Shown here in pieces: positions 61,417 through 64,000 of a stretch of DNA of 64,000 nucleotides. The stretch's first letter is position 1, and the number at the start of each line of letters is the position of its first letter. The position numbers were made by a program, and so were the translations under genes. The stretch comes from Eutreptiella sp. 'Long Island Sound 2002' (taxonomy: Eukaryota > Protista > Euglenida): NCBI GenBank assembly GCA_964036045.1, contig OZ038378.1, positions 162,316,001 through 162,380,000 on the forward strand. Direction: 5' to 3'. The notes beneath the pieces were generated by a model. It ran no database searches. It was not told the origin of the DNA and saw only the letters and a list, made by a program, of their open reading frames with translations.

Positions 61417-62676
61417 CTGTGTACGGCCCTGTCCCAACCCAACCCAACAGCCCGGACAATGACTGAGGCCTGCTCCGCCCCCCCCCCCACGCTTGGACAT
61501 TATGGAGTGTCGATTTTGCAGAAATGTTCACCATGCAGCCACATGCACCCCTGCGAACCGCTTGAATAGATTCCGTGCACTGTGGTACTGCAGGAACGCG
61601 ATCGCGCGCACGGTGCCGAACGTAGACAGTCAGAAGAAGAACATTTGAAATATCCGTGAGACCAAATTGCATTACTTACAGAAGCGGGAGATAACATTAT
61701 GTTTTGGAATTGTCTTCTGTTGTCCGTCCAAATGCTGCTCTCAAAATTTTGAGGAAAACTGAGTTTGAAGAAAGCAGACGATGGACCCGTCATATAGCCT
61801 GCTTTGTTTGCTGACAGGCCCCTGCCACCCATCCCCTGGAACATCATGCAGCTCGACATCAAACACCCACCACCCAGTCAATATAATGACTGCATGGTAC
61901 CGCACGCCGTACGGAAGGAGCATTTTGGCAGAACGCGCAAACACCGCAACAGAATGGGGGGAAACAATCGGTCTGCACAGGTCACCCATTTGTTGCTAGC
62001 TGACTGTCTGGGCGGCGAGGGCATGGATGTACAAGTGGTCACAGTGGGGCAGGCAACCAGGGGCGACTGCCTGGGGCCCCCTCGAAAGCGATGGCGGTCA
62101 AAGCGCATCACGTCCGCAGTTGTGGGCATGATTTGGAAGATTTTGGGTGTCACACACATAGTGGGGTCCCCTACACCATGCGACATGTGCACGTGCGTGC
62201 GGTACTCGTGATGTTGCCCTCCACACACGCATGCGCACATGTGCTCGGCCGTTGCCCTTGCGAGACAAGTCAACGAAACAGAGTCCCGGATGCATGACTC
62301 TGCCGAGGTTCTGCCAAGGTAAGACCTGCGGCGAAGCGACCGAAATGTGAGTTCTGATGGTCTTGCGACGCGTTGACAGGCTTCAGGTTTGTGGGCGGAG
62401 CCCGTGCCCTGACATCAACCCCGACATTACATCTACGGGCCCCGCCCATAGAGGGGCCAAATGGAGCGCAATGGGAGCGCTGGACTGAGCCAATCGACAT
62501 GGCGGATGAGAACTGAGTGATAGAGTGTCAGCCATGACACAAATGGCAGCTGTTGGCGAAGCTGCACGGCGACGACTGGGCGTCGTGGGGCAACGCAACG
62601 GCGGACACTGTGCAGTTGGCAGCCAGTGCCAACCGAACAGGATAGAAGCTGTGTGGAAGCAATGCACTGCACTGAC

Positions 62677-62843
62677 CAGTGTGCAGTGCCCCAAATGCAC
62701 TTTGGGTGGGGAAGGGGTCTGCCATGGAGGGAAGGCGGCACTGGGTGACGTGGTCGAGGGGAACGAGACCACGGCCTGCCTCATGGGCCCCAACGCGCGA
62801 GTACCCGAGGCTGAAACATTCCATGTGGTGGAGGGCGTGGAGG
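62677..62843 (-). CDS. Possible upstream exon (LHALHHMECFSLGYSRVGAHEAGRGLVPLDHVTQCRLPS...)
   Basis: TTTTTAG acceptor, G|GTCAGT donor, GC3-rich codons; no recognisable domain. Confidence 0.35.
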
Positions 62844-63066
62844 CTAAAAACAACATGCCTCCCAAATCTGAAAGGAGAGCGCGTGGTCGCCCCCCCCCAA
62901 AAAAAACATGCGCGTTTATGGCCAGCGTTTTGACTTTGACCGCGGAAAATGGTGCCGTCAGGCCCATTCTCATCTGTCTCATGAATGGTCACGCTGGTTT
63001 TGGTGCCAAACCGACATTTGACACAATACACTGCATTACAACTGCAATGCAATCACATCCCTAAGG

Positions 63067-64000
63067 GGGCATGGCTGGGGGTGCAGTACTGGGCATGGCT
63101 GGGGGTGCAGTACTGGGCATGGCTGGGGGTGCAGCACTGGGCATGGCTGGGGGTGCAGTACTGGGCATGGCTGGGGGTGCAGTACTGGGCATGGCTGGGG
63201 GTGCAGTACTGGGCATGGCTGGGGGTGCAGCACTGGGCATGGCTGGGGGTGCAGTACTGGGCATGGCTGGGGGTGCAGCACTGGGCATGGCTGGGGGTGC
63301 AGTACTGGGCATGGCTGGGGGTGCAGTACTGGGCATGGCTGGGGGTGTAGTACTGGGCATGGCTGGGGGTGCAGTACTGGGCATGGCTGGGGGTGCAGTA
63401 CTGGGCATGGCTGGGGGTGCAGTACTGGGCATGGCTGGGGGTGCAGCACTGGGCATGGCTGGGGGTGCAGCACTGGGCATGGCTGGGGGTGCAGCACTGG
63501 GCATGGCTGGGGGTGCAGCACTGGGCATGGCTGGGGGTGCAGTACTGGGCATGGCTGGGGGTGCAGCACTGGGCATGGCTGGGGGTGCAGCACTGGGCAT
63601 GGCTGGGGGTGCAGCACTGGGCATGGCTGGGGGTGCAGTACTGGGCATGGCTGGGGGTGCAGTACTGGGCATGGCTGGGGGTGCAGTACTGGGCATGGCT
63701 GGGGGTGCAGTACTGGGCATGGCTGGGGGTGCAGTACTGGGCATGGCTGGGGGTGCAGTACTGGGCATGGCTGGGGGTGCAGCAATGGGCATGGCTGGGG
63801 GTGCAGTACTGGGCATGGCTGGGGGTGCAGCACTGGGCATGGCTGGGGGTGCAGCACTGGGCATGGCTGGGGGTGCAGTACTGGGCATGGCTGGGGGTGC
63901 AGCACTGGGCATGGCTGGGGGTGCAGTACTGGGCATGGCTGGGGCTGCAGTACTGGGCATGGCTGGGGGTGCAGTACTGGGCATGGCTGGGGGTGCAGTA
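63067..64000 (+). repeat. Homogeneous 24-bp tandem repeat GGGCATGGCTGGGGGTGCAGYACT (~39 copies, runs off window)
   Basis: Direct inspection; mainly one T/C polymorphic position. Confidence 0.97.

Noticed and set aside
63036-63984. VLHPQPCP / MPSTAPPA repeat ORFs, or a telomeric array
   Set aside because: These are artefacts of a 24-bp (3n) tandem repeat, and the unit matches no telomere motif I recognise.

Overview
This window is repeat-rich eukaryotic nuclear DNA with GT-AG introns and poly-G/C tracts. A protist such as a euglenozoan is a low-confidence guess. I saw no rRNA, tRNA or CRISPR array. From left to right: (1) 1-~4600, minus strand, is a Penelope-like retroelement with permuted domains. 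It reads 5x CCHC zinc-knuckle gag-like region > linker > GIY-YIG endonuclease > CxC > reverse transcriptase, all in ONE frame broken only by a TGA and a TAG. The RT runs off the left edge and is missing from the ORF track. (2) 5807-12667 is a complete 6861-bp DNA transposon with perfect 23-bp TIRs and a 5-bp ACACA target duplication. It encodes a DDE-like (Academ/DUF6589-like) transposase and a spliced ParB/Srx-like + degenerate methyltransferase-like cargo gene. It carries ten copies of a 16-26-bp palindrome (GAGTGCGCGAGG|CCTCGCGCACTC) found only in its non-coding parts. This is the best candidate for an undescribed system. (3) A foldback element and the first exon of a glutathione S-transferase. 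(4) An 18.4-kb 44-bp satellite with a 2951-bp higher-order repeat that contains an inversion. (5) An EXD1-like exonuclease + 2xKH coding segment enclosed by 1.4-1.65-kb inverted arms, flanked by GGT-rich minisatellites. (6) Scattered exons of a large minus-strand host gene or genes (repetitive low-complexity exon, ZZ-like zinc finger, ankyrin). (7) Degenerate and perfect G-rich tandem repeats running to the right edge. All family assignments come from manual motif recognition; no database search was run.
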